The notes under the pieces were generated by a model. That model worked only from the letters and a program-made list of their open reading frames with translations, searched no databases and was not told the DNA's origin. From an uncultured Gemmatimonadales bacterium (GTDB lineage Bacteria > Gemmatimonadota > Gemmatimonadetes > Gemmatimonadales > GWC2-71-9): a stretch of DNA of 64,000 bases. Numbering within the stretch: position 1 is the first letter of the stretch; each line of letters opens with the position of its first letter. Both the position numbers and the translations under genes were made by a program. The stretch covers positions 192,001-256,000 of the forward strand of contig CAVZZO010000001.1 of assembly GCA_963779755.1 (NCBI GenBank), read 5' to 3'. Below are positions 49,318-60,045 of the stretch, piece by piece.

Positions 49318-50715
49318 TCAACCCACCGGCGCCACCTGATACTGCTCCAGCTTGCCATCGGGCATCTGGAAGGTCCAGGCGCGCAGGAGCTTGCCGTCCG
49401 GAAAACCGATCCGGAAGACGCGAAGGACCATGCCGCCCCGGAGGCCCTGGGAGGCCTGAACGAACGAACTCGGCGCGCCCAGAGGCCCGAGGCTCGAGGC
49501 AAAGTCGCTCAGGGCCTGCTGGTTGAAATAGAAGTTGGCATCCTCGGTAAGGAGTGACCGGTCGATGCGGCCCTGCTGGAGCCCCTCGAAGATCCGGCGC
49601 GCCTGGGCCGTACGCATCTCGGTGGCAGAGTCCTGGACCGCAAAAAGAGCCCGGGCCACCGCTCCACCGATCGCGCCGGCGGCCGGAGCCGCGTCCTGGT
49701 TGGTCAGAACAATGACGGCAGTACTGTCATCCGGGAATACCAGGTTCTCGGCGGTGAAGCCGGAAACCTCGCCGCTGTGCTCGATCAGCCGCCGTCCCCC
49801 CTGCATCTGCACGAAGACGCCGAGGCCGTATCCGCTCCCCACGCCGCTGTTGAGGCGCACCTCCGTTTCCATCGCCCGGTAGGAGGCCGGCTCCAGCAGG
49901 CTCTGCTTGATCATCGCGATATCCCACTTGGCCAGGTCGCTCGGGGTCATCGCCAGCTCACCGGCCGCGAAGAGCCACCCCTTCCCTTCCTTGGGGGCGG
50001 GGTGCAGCGGGCCGAGGGCATATCGCATGTACCCGGTGGGATCGGACTGGGTGAGCCGCCCGGTATTGATGTCGAGCACGCTATGCATCGCGAGCGGCGC
50101 CAGGATGTGCTGCCGCACGAACTCCATGAACGGCGTGCCGCTCACCTTTTCCACGATGGCACCGGCGATCACGAAATTGGTATTGCTGTACTGCCACTTG
50201 CTGCCCGGCTCGAAATCGAGCGGCTTTCCGGCCCACCGGTCCATGATCTGCCGTGCGGTGGTCGGCTGCAGCATGTCGGGCGGCACGTAATCCTGCGGCC
50301 AGTAGTCCTGATAGCCCGAGGTATGCGAGAGCAGCTGGCGGATGGTGACCGCGTCGGCGCGCGTGAGGTCGGGGAAATACTTGGCGACCTTGTCGTCCAG
50401 CGACAACTTGCCCTGCTGCTGCAGCAGCAGGATGGACGCGGCCGCGAACTGCTTGCTGATCGACCCGATGCTGTAGCGCATGCCGGGCGTGGCGGGGGTC
50501 TTTGGCTCCAGCGTGGCGTCACCGTAGGCCTGGGCGTAGACCAGCTGGCCGTGGCGGACGACAGCCACCGAGGCACTGGGGACGCCGGTCTTCTGCAGCA
50601 CTTCGCGGGATACCGAATCGATCCGGGCGTTGAGGCCGGTGTCGGCCGCCTGCGCTGCGGCCCCGCTTGCAGCACCGGTGACCAGCCCGAGCACCAGCAG
50701 AAAACAACGGCGCAC
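49318..50715 (-). CDS. Secreted serine hydrolase, beta-lactamase class C/AmpC-like family
   Basis: SISK, LLSHTSG, YSN and HSG motifs. AAGGAG RBS before GTG. Confidence 0.9.
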   Translation of the reverse strand: MRRCFLLVLGLVTGAASGAAAQAADTGLNARIDSVSREVLQKTGVPSASVAVVRHGQLVYAQAYGDATLEPKTPATPGMRYSIGSISKQFAAASILLLQQQGKLSLDDKVAKYFPDLTRADAVTIRQLLSHTSGYQDYWPQDYVPPDMLQPTTARQIMDRWAGKPLDFEPGSKWQYSNTNFVIAGAIVEKVSGTPFMEFVRQHILAPLAMHSVLDINTGRLTQSDPTGYMRYALGPLHPAPKEGKGWLFAAGELAMTPSDLAKWDIAMIKQSLLEPASYRAMETEVRLNSGVGSGYGLGVFVQMQGGRRLIEHSGEVSGFTAENLVFPDDSTAVIVLTNQDAAPAAGAIGGAVARALFAVQDSATEMRTAQARRIFEGLQQGRIDRSLLTEDANFYFNQQALSDFASSLGPLGAPSSFVQASQGLRGGMVLRVFRIGFPDGKLLRAWTFQMPDGKLEQYQVAPVG

Positions 50716-50834
50716 AGGAATTCTCCTTGGTTGAAGTGTCGCCGGCGGACCACTCGCATGCAGGGTCCGGAATGCGGCAAGGGGGTGACGGGGTCTGGTA
50801 GCGGCTACCATACCATATACTCGAACGGAGCTGA

Positions 50835-50883
50835 GCCTGGCACCCTGAGCGCAGCGAAAAGGTCGCCTTGGGCATGGCCAGGC
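50835..50883. repeat. Degenerate REP-like palindromic element
   Basis: GCCTGGC..GCCAGGC arms flank CACCCTGAGCGCAGCGAA, which resembles the widespread GTCATCCTGAGCGCAGCGAAGG extragenic repeats. Confidence 0.4.
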
Positions 50884-50907
50884 CGGGCCCGATGACCGGG
50901 GCCGAGG

Positions 50908-52677
<1,770 letters not shown>

Positions 52678-52693
52678 TTACCTGCTCGGTCGT

Positions 52694-52803
52694 CGCCGCG
52701 CTCCCTCCGCCGGTGTGAGCCGGATCAGGTTCCAAGGGTACATTCTCAATCCAGCCTGCGGAGGCGGGAATCTCCCGACCCTCGGCGTGGATGCCCCTGG
52801 CGG
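52694..52803 (-). promoter_or_regulatory. TPP riboswitch
   Basis: Minus strand AGGGG..TGAGA..ACCCTT.GAACCTGATCCGG..CACACCGGCGGAGGGA, directly upstream of thiC. Confidence 0.93.
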
Positions 52804-52880
52804 CATCCGCGAATAGTAAAGATGGCCGCGAAGCGGGGTCAATAGTGATATTCCAGCGTCTCTTCGCGGATGCGCCTTTC

Positions 52881-53360
52881 ATGGCACGAGATACCGCCGC
52901 TCCCGGCGCCCGGCTGCTCCGGCTCTGGCGCCGACTGGCTCCCCTGCCGGGGGGCAACCGGCTCTTCGGCCTGCTGCTCGGGTGGATGGTGCCCTATACC
53001 GGGTCTATCCGGCCCCTCGTCCTCTCGCTCGAGCCGGGCCGCACCCGGGTCGCGCTGCGCGACCGCCGCGCCGTCCGCAACCACCTTGGCTCCATCCACG
53101 CCATAGCCCTGGCCAATCTGGGCGAGGTTACCAGCGGGCTGGCGCTGCTCACCGCCCTGCCACCGGGAGTCCGCGGCATCGTCACCGGCATTTCCATTCA
53201 GTACCTCAAGAAAGCGCGCGGCCTGCTGGTGGCGGAATGTTCCGCCGAGGCTCCAGCGCTGGCGGAGCCGGGGGAACACACGGTAGAGGCCCGGATCATC
53301 GACGCCACCGGAGATCCGGTTGCCGTGCTCATGGCGCGCTGGCGGCTCAGCCCGCCGTGA
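52881..53360 (+). CDS. Hotdog-fold thioesterase (PaaI/DUF4442-like)
   Basis: [24 protein letters not shown] and YLKKARG motifs. Confidence 0.85.
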   Translation: MARDTAAPGARLLRLWRRLAPLPGGNRLFGLLLGWMVPYTGSIRPLVLSLEPGRTRVALRDRRAVRNHLGSIHAIALANLGEVTSGLALLTALPPGVRGIVTGISIQYLKKARGLLVAECSAEAPALAEPGEHTVEARIIDATGDPVAVLMARWRLSPP

Positions 53361-54346
53361 GCCTGCTGCTGACGCCGCTGGCGCGGCAGGCAGGGATCGA
53401 CGTGCCCCTCATCTGCGGGGCGATGTACCCCTGCAGCAATCCCGAACTGGTGGCGGCCGTCTCCGAGGCCGGCGGGATCGGTATCGTCCAGCCCATCTCG
53501 CTCACCTACGTTCACGGCCACGAATTCCGCGCCGGACTGCAGTATATCCGCCGTCTCACCGCCCGGCCCGTCGGGATGAACGCGCTGATCGAGCAGTCCT
53601 CGCGCGCCTATCGCCGCCGGATGGAACGATGGATCGACCTGGCCCTGGAGGAGGGCATCCGCTTCTTTGTGACCTCGCTGGGGAACCCCCGCTGGGTGGT
53701 CGAGCGGGTGCGGCCCCTCGGCGGCATCGTCTACCACGACGTGACGGAACTGAAATGGGGGCGCAAGGGGGCCGATGCCGGCGTGGACGGGCTCATCGCG
53801 GTAAACCGGCGCGCCGGCGGACATGCCGGCGACCGTTCGCCGCAGGCGCTTTTCGAAGAGCTCCAGCCGCTGGGGCTCCCGCTGGTGTGCGCCGGAGGCA
53901 TCGGAACCGCCGCCGAGTTCGTCGCCGCCCTCCAGACCGGCTACGCCGGCGCCCAGCTCGGCACCCGGTTCATCGCCACACCGGAGTGCCGGGCCAGCGA
54001 CGCCTACAAGACGGCGATCGTTCAGGCGCGCGAAGCTGATATCGTCCTCACCGAGCGGATCACCGGCGTACCGGTCTCGGTCATCCGGACTCCCTACATC
54101 GAGCGTATGGGCCTGCGCGCGGGCCCTCTGGCGCGCCGGCTGCTGCGGGGGCGCCGGACCAAGCACCTCATGCGGACCGTTTACGCCCTGCGCTCGCTCT
54201 GGCAACTCAAACGGGCATCGCTGGATGAGAGCGGGACGCGTGACTACTGGCAGGCGGGCCGCAGCGTCGAAGGCATCACCGCCATCGAGCCGGCTGCCGA
54301 TATTGTACGGCGCTATGCCGGGGCGGCCCAGGCGGCCCCGGGTTGA
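53357..54346 (+). CDS. Nitronate monooxygenase/FabK-like flavoenzyme
   Basis: [29 protein letters not shown] and [11 protein letters not shown] motifs. Confidence 0.88.
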   Translation: MSLLLTPLARQAGIDVPLICGAMYPCSNPELVAAVSEAGGIGIVQPISLTYVHGHEFRAGLQYIRRLTARPVGMNALIEQSSRAYRRRMERWIDLALEEGIRFFVTSLGNPRWVVERVRPLGGIVYHDVTELKWGRKGADAGVDGLIAVNRRAGGHAGDRSPQALFEELQPLGLPLVCAGGIGTAAEFVAALQTGYAGAQLGTRFIATPECRASDAYKTAIVQAREADIVLTERITGVPVSVIRTPYIERMGLRAGPLARRLLRGRRTKHLMRTVYALRSLWQLKRASLDESGTRDYWQAGRSVEGITAIEPAADIVRRYAGAAQAAPG

Positions 54347-54759
54347 TGCCGCGGCTCACCCGCTGGTTCCTGCGCGCCGGGCTGCTGTATCTGGTGGCCG
54401 CACTGGCGCTGGGTGTGGCGCAGAGGTGGCCCGGCCGCGGGCCGGCGATTCTGGCCGCGACCTGGCCGGTCTACATCCATGCGCTGGTGGTCGGCTGGCT
54501 CACCCAGCTGGTCTTCGGCGTCGCCTGGTGGATGTTCCCCCGGGCGCCCGGTCCCCGGCCCCGGGGCAGCGCCCGGGCAGGCTGGATCGTCTTCGTCGCA
54601 CTGAACGCAGGGCTGCTCCTGCGCCTGGGTGCGGAACCGGCCGCGGCGGTGCACTCCAGCACCGCAATCCGCTGGGCCCTGGCCGCCGCCGCCGTCCTTC
54701 AGCTGCTGGCCGGCTGGCTGTTTGTCGTCAGCATCTGGCCGCGGGTCAGGGGCCGCTGA
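54346..54759 (+). CDS. Four-TM membrane protein with conserved His (heme-copper-oxidase-fragment/NnrS-like)
   Basis: HALVVGWLTQLVFGVAWWMFPR motif. Confidence 0.7.
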   Translation: MPRLTRWFLRAGLLYLVAALALGVAQRWPGRGPAILAATWPVYIHALVVGWLTQLVFGVAWWMFPRAPGPRPRGSARAGWIVFVALNAGLLLRLGAEPAAAVHSSTAIRWALAAAAVLQLLAGWLFVVSIWPRVRGR

Positions 54760-54760
54760 G

Positions 54761-55186
54761 ATGCCCCAGTGGTCTATCCGCCTGGTACGCACCGGGCTGC
54801 TCTACCTGGCCGCGGGATTTCTCTTCGGCGCCCTACTCCTGGTGCAGAAAGCAGGGTGGAACATCACGGGCGGCCTGGCCCTGCTGCCGCTGCATACCGA
54901 GTGCGTCCTCATCGGCTGGTTCGTACAAACCACCATGGGGGTGGCCTACTGGATCCTCCCCCGCTATCCCACCCATCCGGAACGGGGCCCCGACTGGCAC
55001 ATGGCCGGAGCCTTCGTGCTCATCAATGTGGGCATCCTGACGACGGCAGCCGGCCTGGCCTGGTCACCTGCCACCGCCGTGCCGCTCGCCGGACGACTGG
55101 CCCAGAGCGGCGCGATACTGCTCTTCGGACTCCATGCCTGGCCCAGGGTACGGCCATTTCTTGCGCCCGGGCCATCACGTCCCTGA
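54761..55186 (+). CDS. Paralogous four-TM membrane protein
   Basis: HTECVLIGWFVQTTMGVAYWILPR, with the same WPRV ending as its neighbour. Confidence 0.7.
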   Translation: MPQWSIRLVRTGLLYLAAGFLFGALLLVQKAGWNITGGLALLPLHTECVLIGWFVQTTMGVAYWILPRYPTHPERGPDWHMAGAFVLINVGILTTAAGLAWSPATAVPLAGRLAQSGAILLFGLHAWPRVRPFLAPGPSRP

Positions 55187-55285
55187 ACCGTCCCACTTCT
55201 TGGCAGCCTCGGCGCAATGACCAACCGGCTGCACCTCCGTATTCTTCCCCTTTTTCGCATCCCACCTATAACGGAGTGTGCGGGC

Positions 55286-55331
55286 TGTAACGTTACATGC
55301 CATTCAGGGTAGAGTGTGACCAGGATCACAC
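55286..55331. promoter_or_regulatory. Palindromic operators upstream of the cytochrome operon
   Basis: TGTAACGTTACA (55286-55297) and a perfect CRP-type TGTGA-N6-TCACA (55315-55330) in a lower-GC spacer. Confidence 0.6.
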
Positions 55332-55585
55332 GCGCCAACTCGTTTGTGCACATGGCATTCCGTTATACGATAGATGATTTGTAAGGGCGTAGTTCTTGCG
55401 AATCCAGGTGACCGGGTCCAGCGGTCCCGAGTTGACCAATGGGAAAGGCAGCCCGGAACAAGTCCCGTTGCCCTGCCAGAAAACTGCCGGAAACACCAGC
55501 CAGACTCTCCGATTTGTACATAGTTGTGCATGCAATTGCGCGTCTCCTTGCGTGCCAAAGTCTATTCATTAAAGGAGCAGGTTGG

Positions 55586-56575
55586 ATGGCACGATCGAGT
55601 GCTGCGCTGCGGGCGACGGCCCCGGCCCAAGCCCCAATCACAACCCCACCGGCCACCCCAGGCCGGACCCCGCCGCGCCCCAGGCCGGCCCGCGCTGCCC
55701 CTTCATCGCGCCAGACGCCGAGTCAGCTGCCGTTGATCGTGGTGTTGTCGTCTCTGGCGGTGCTCAACCTGCTGGGTGTGCCGTACTACCTGCTGCCGAT
55801 GAGCGACCGGGTTCGCAGCCCGTTGCATGCCTGGTTCAAACCTTCCGGCTATATCGGCCAGCCGGCAGGTATCCTGGCCTTCACCATCTTCGGGTTCCTC
55901 TGGCTCTACCCGCTGCGCAAGAAGTTCCGCTGGCTGGCCTTCACCGGTTCGGTCGGCCGCTGGCTCGACGTGCACGTCCTCTCGGCCCTGGCGCTGCCGA
56001 TGCTGTTGGCGATTCATGCCAGCTGGCGGTTCGACGGGCTGATCGGCCTGGGCTATGCCGCCATTCTCGTGGTCTGCCTGAGCGGGATCATCGGCCGCTA
56101 TGTGTACGTGCGCATTCCGCGCAGCCGCTCCGGCCTCGAGCTGTCCCTGGAGGAAATCGCGGGCCAGCGCAAGGCGCTGCTGCAGACCATCGCCGAGGCC
56201 ATCGGGCAGGATCCGGACACCGTCGAGCGCATTCTCCAGACCGACCCTGCCTCGTGTGAGGGGCTGGGTGTGGCACACACCGTCGGACGCATGTTCACCG
56301 ACGACATCCGCCGCTGGCGGGCTGCGGCCGAACTGCGGCGGCGCTGGCGGAATTCCGCCAACGGTGCCCGGCTGGACCGGCAGACGCTGCGCCAGGTCCT
56401 GGGGCTGGCTAATCGGGAAATGAAGCTCACCCAGCAGGTCCGGATGCTCTCGGCCACTCACCGGGTTTTCCGCTACTGGCATGTGGCCCACCGCCCGGTG
56501 GCGCTCACGGCGCTGGTTGCGGTGATCGTCCATGTCGCGGTGGTCGTGGCGCTGGGCGCCACCTGGTTCTGGTAG
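55586..56575 (+). CDS. Inner-membrane protein, putative di-heme cytochrome b
   Basis: Several TM helices. Two His pairs 14 residues apart (WLDVH..AIH and WHVAH..IVH). Confidence 0.7.
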   Translation: MARSSAALRATAPAQAPITTPPATPGRTPPRPRPARAAPSSRQTPSQLPLIVVLSSLAVLNLLGVPYYLLPMSDRVRSPLHAWFKPSGYIGQPAGILAFTIFGFLWLYPLRKKFRWLAFTGSVGRWLDVHVLSALALPMLLAIHASWRFDGLIGLGYAAILVVCLSGIIGRYVYVRIPRSRSGLELSLEEIAGQRKALLQTIAEAIGQDPDTVERILQTDPASCEGLGVAHTVGRMFTDDIRRWRAAAELRRRWRNSANGARLDRQTLRQVLGLANREMKLTQQVRMLSATHRVFRYWHVAHRPVALTALVAVIVHVAVVVALGATWFW

Positions 56576-56581
56576 CCAGCC

Positions 56582-58033
56582 ATGGAAGCGCTCTACACCA
56601 CCCTGGGCTTCTTCGCTCTGACCGCCGTGTCCATCTGGCTGCACCTGCGGCGGAGCGGGGGGAGCGCCAAGCCGGCCGCGGCCCGGCCGGCCGCCCCGGG
56701 ACGCCCCTGCCCCCGCTGCAGGGCCGGGGTGCCTTCGGGGGCAACCTTCTGCCCCGCCTGCGGCGTGCCGCAGCAGATCTACGAGGTCGTCGCGGCCCCC
56801 ACCGTCACCCGCACCGAATCGGACGGGGAGGAGCGGGTGCATGCCGTTGTGCGGGCGGACATGTGCGTCGGCTGCGGCACCTGTGTCGCGGCCTGCCCGG
56901 AACCCGGTGCCATCGCCCTGCAGGGCAAGCTGGCGGTGGTGGAGCAGGCCGTCTGTGCCGGCCATGGCCAATGCGCCTCGGCCTGCCCCGTGGGCGCCAT
57001 CCTGCTGACCACCGGAGCGGCGGTACACCGGGTCGAAGTGCCTGAGGTCGGCGCCGATTTCCAGACCAACATTCCCGGCATCTACATCGTGGGGGAGCTG
57101 GGCGGCCGCGGCCTGATCAAGAACGCGATCAACGAAGGGAAGATTGCCATCGAGCATATCGCGCTGGAGTTGCCGCCGGGTGAGACGCGGCTGGACGGCG
57201 AAGCCGAAGCGTTTGATGTGGTGATCGTCGGCTCGGGCCCCGCGGGGCTGAGTGCCGGCCTCGAAGCACACCGCCGCGGGTTGCGCTATGTGGTGGTGGA
57301 ACAGGGCTCCCTCTCCGACACCGTGCGTAAGTACCCCCGTCACAAGATTCTCTTCGCCGAGCCGCTGTCGATCCCGCTGTACGGCGATCTCTGGATAGCG
57401 GACGCCTCCAAGGAGACACTGCTCCAGGTCTGGGAAACGATCGTCGCCAACACCGGGCTCGAGGTACGAACCAACCAGCGCATTCAGCAGGTGGCACGCG
57501 TGGACGGCCTGTTCGAGGTCGCCTCCGAAGCCGAGCGATTCCGGACCCGCCGGGTCGTTCTGGCGATGGGGCGCCGGGGCACGCCCCGGCGTCTGGGCGT
57601 TCCCGGAGAAGAGCTGGCGAAGGTGGTCTATGACATCGCCGAGATGGAGGATTTTCGGGGCCGGAAGGTCCTGGTGGTGGGCGGCGGCGACAGCGCCATC
57701 GAGTCGGTGCTCGGCCTGGCCAACCAGGAGGGTACCTCCGCCACCCTGAGCTACCGGGGCGAAGACTTTACCCGCGTGAAGGAACGGAACCGGGCCAAGC
57801 TGGATGCCGCCGTCGAGGCCGGCAGGGTGGGGGTGCAGCTGCGCAGCACGGTGCGGGAGATCCGGCCGGACCGCGTCGTGCTCGATGTCGCCGGCGAGAG
57901 CGCCATCCTTCTCAACGACGATGTCATTGTCCGCATCGGTGGCGACGCGCCCTACGCGTTCCTCGAGCGCCTGGGCATTCGCATCGTGCAGAAAGATGTG
58001 CCGCTCCCCTCCGAGGCCGCGCGCGCCAGTTGA
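56582..58033 (+). CDS. Membrane-anchored Zn-ribbon/ferredoxin/NAD(P)H flavoprotein (TrxB/YpdA-like fold)
   Basis: N-terminal TM, CPRC..CPAC, CVGCGTCVAACP, CAGHGQCASACP, GSGPAG (FAD) and GGGDSA..SYR (NADPH). Confidence 0.88.
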   Translation: MEALYTTLGFFALTAVSIWLHLRRSGGSAKPAAARPAAPGRPCPRCRAGVPSGATFCPACGVPQQIYEVVAAPTVTRTESDGEERVHAVVRADMCVGCGTCVAACPEPGAIALQGKLAVVEQAVCAGHGQCASACPVGAILLTTGAAVHRVEVPEVGADFQTNIPGIYIVGELGGRGLIKNAINEGKIAIEHIALELPPGETRLDGEAEAFDVVIVGSGPAGLSAGLEAHRRGLRYVVVEQGSLSDTVRKYPRHKILFAEPLSIPLYGDLWIADASKETLLQVWETIVANTGLEVRTNQRIQQVARVDGLFEVASEAERFRTRRVVLAMGRRGTPRRLGVPGEELAKVVYDIAEMEDFRGRKVLVVGGGDSAIESVLGLANQEGTSATLSYRGEDFTRVKERNRAKLDAAVEAGRVGVQLRSTVREIRPDRVVLDVAGESAILLNDDVIVRIGGDAPYAFLERLGIRIVQKDVPLPSEAARAS

Positions 58034-60045
58034 TGCGGGGCGCGGCGGGGGGACTCGCGCTGCTGGCGGCGCTCCTGCTGGCGGCTACTGCACCGCTGGC
58101 GGGACAGATCTCGCCGGGCAAACTGGCCCGGCCGCACGCAGCCCTGGAGGGCCCGCTCAACTGCACCAGGTGCCACGGCGGCCGCGGGACGGAAATGAAG
58201 ACCCGCTGTCTGGCCTGTCACAAGGAAATCGCCTGGCTGATGGAGCGGGGACGGGGCTTCCATGCCACCGATCCCGCGGTGCCCTGCGAGAGCTGTCATC
58301 CGGATCACGCAGGCGAGGATTTCGCCCTGATCAAGTGGCCGGACGGCTCCCGCGACCGGTTTGACCACCGGAGAGCGGGCTGGGCGCTCGAGGGGGCGCA
58401 TGCCGAGGTGAAGTGCGAGGACTGCCACCAGGCCAGGAACCGCAGCGGCCCAGCGGCCCGGCTTTCACCCGGCAAGAGCGGAGCCGGCTGGGTGGGCCTG
58501 GAGCAGGACTGTCTGAGCTGCCACGAAGACGCGCATAACGGGTCGCTGGGCAAGGATTGCACGGCGTGCCACGACATCGGGAAATGGACCTTCGCGGCGC
58601 GGTTCGATCACGCCAGGTCCGATTACCCACTGACCGGGAAGCACCAGGATGTGAAGTGCAACGCGTGCCACCTGCCGGAGGGGCGGCCGGTGCGCCGGAA
58701 CGCCAGGGGAGAGCCGGTGCCCATCTACACGCCGCTCGCGCATGCCCAATGCTCCGACTGCCACCGCGACCCGCACCAGGGCCGTTTCGGGGCCAAGTGC
58801 GCGGACTGCCATCAGACGAGCGGCTTCAAGCTCATCCGGAAGAGCGGCTTCGACCACGACCGCACCCGCTATCCCCTGCGCGGGAAACATGCATCGGTGG
58901 CCTGCGAGAAATGCCACGATCCGAAATCGCCGAGCGGGTTCAAGGTGGCCTTTGCCACCTGCGGCGCCTGTCACCACGACGCCCACGCGGGCCAGGCCAC
59001 GCTGGCGGACAAGCCGGCCGACTGCGCCGACTGTCATACGGTCGACGGGTTCGACGTGCCGGCCTTCACGGTGGCGCGGCACGCCCGCACCCGCTATCCG
59101 CTCCAGGGCAGGCACGCGCGCGCGACATGCACCGCCTGCCACCGGGAACGGCCGGCGGGGGTTCCCGCGGCCAAACTGGGCTCGGCGGGGATTCTGATGC
59201 GGCCCGCCTTTACCCGCTGCCGCGATTGTCATGAAGACGATCACGACGGCCAGCTGGCAGAGCGGCCCGGCGCCGGCGCCTGCGAAGGCTGCCACACGCC
59301 GGAGGGCTGGTCACCGAGCACCTTTACCGCGGCGCGGCACGATTCCCTGCGTCTGACGCTGGTCGGACGGCATCGCGCCATCGCCTGCGCCGCCTGCCAC
59401 GGCCCCGACCGGCCGCGCCTGCCCGCCCTCCCGGCACAGGGGCTGGGGAAGGCGGGCGTGGCGTTGACCATGCTGTCCGCGACCTGCACCAGCTGCCATC
59501 AGGACCCCCATCTGGGACGATTCGAGCCGGCGGGCAAGCAGCCGGTAGCCGGCGGGTGCGAAGCGTGCCACGACTATCAGGGCTTCCGTCCCTCGGCGGT
59601 GGACGTCGAGCGCCACGGCAAGCTGGGTTTCGCGCTGGACGGCGCCCACCGGGCCATTCCCTGCGTGGCGTGCCACGACCAGATGCACTCGCGCACGGCC
59701 GGCAGCACCCTGACGGGGGCGCCCCATCTGCAGGCGGTCTCGCTGGCGGTAAAGGGCTCGAAATGCGCCGACTGCCATACCGATCCGCACGGCGGGCAGT
59801 TTGCCTCCCGCCCCGGCGGGGGCGCCTGCGAGAGCTGCCATACGACCGACGCCTTCCGGCCCGCCGGCCGGTTCGATCACGATCGCGATACGAAGTTCAC
59901 GTTGCGCGGAGCGCACGAGCATGTCGCCTGCGAGGCGTGTCACCACCCCGCGGCGCCGGCCCGGGGGGCCCGGGGGCCCGCGCCGCTCCGATATCGTCCT
60001 CTATCCAGTGCCTGCGAGAGCTGTCACGCGGGAGGGAAGCCATGA
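58030..60045 (+). CDS. Multiheme cytochrome c, 23 CxxCH
   Basis: Signal peptide. 23 CxxCH counted, in three-heme FDH..YPL.G.H modules. Confidence 0.95.
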   Translation: MMRGAAGGLALLAALLLAATAPLAGQISPGKLARPHAALEGPLNCTRCHGGRGTEMKTRCLACHKEIAWLMERGRGFHATDPAVPCESCHPDHAGEDFALIKWPDGSRDRFDHRRAGWALEGAHAEVKCEDCHQARNRSGPAARLSPGKSGAGWVGLEQDCLSCHEDAHNGSLGKDCTACHDIGKWTFAARFDHARSDYPLTGKHQDVKCNACHLPEGRPVRRNARGEPVPIYTPLAHAQCSDCHRDPHQGRFGAKCADCHQTSGFKLIRKSGFDHDRTRYPLRGKHASVACEKCHDPKSPSGFKVAFATCGACHHDAHAGQATLADKPADCADCHTVDGFDVPAFTVARHARTRYPLQGRHARATCTACHRERPAGVPAAKLGSAGILMRPAFTRCRDCHEDDHDGQLAERPGAGACEGCHTPEGWSPSTFTAARHDSLRLTLVGRHRAIACAACHGPDRPRLPALPAQGLGKAGVALTMLSATCTSCHQDPHLGRFEPAGKQPVAGGCEACHDYQGFRPSAVDVERHGKLGFALDGAHRAIPCVACHDQMHSRTAGSTLTGAPHLQAVSLAVKGSKCADCHTDPHGGQFASRPGGGACESCHTTDAFRPAGRFDHDRDTKFTLRGAHEHVACEACHHPAAPARGARGPAPLRYRPLSSACESCHAGGKP

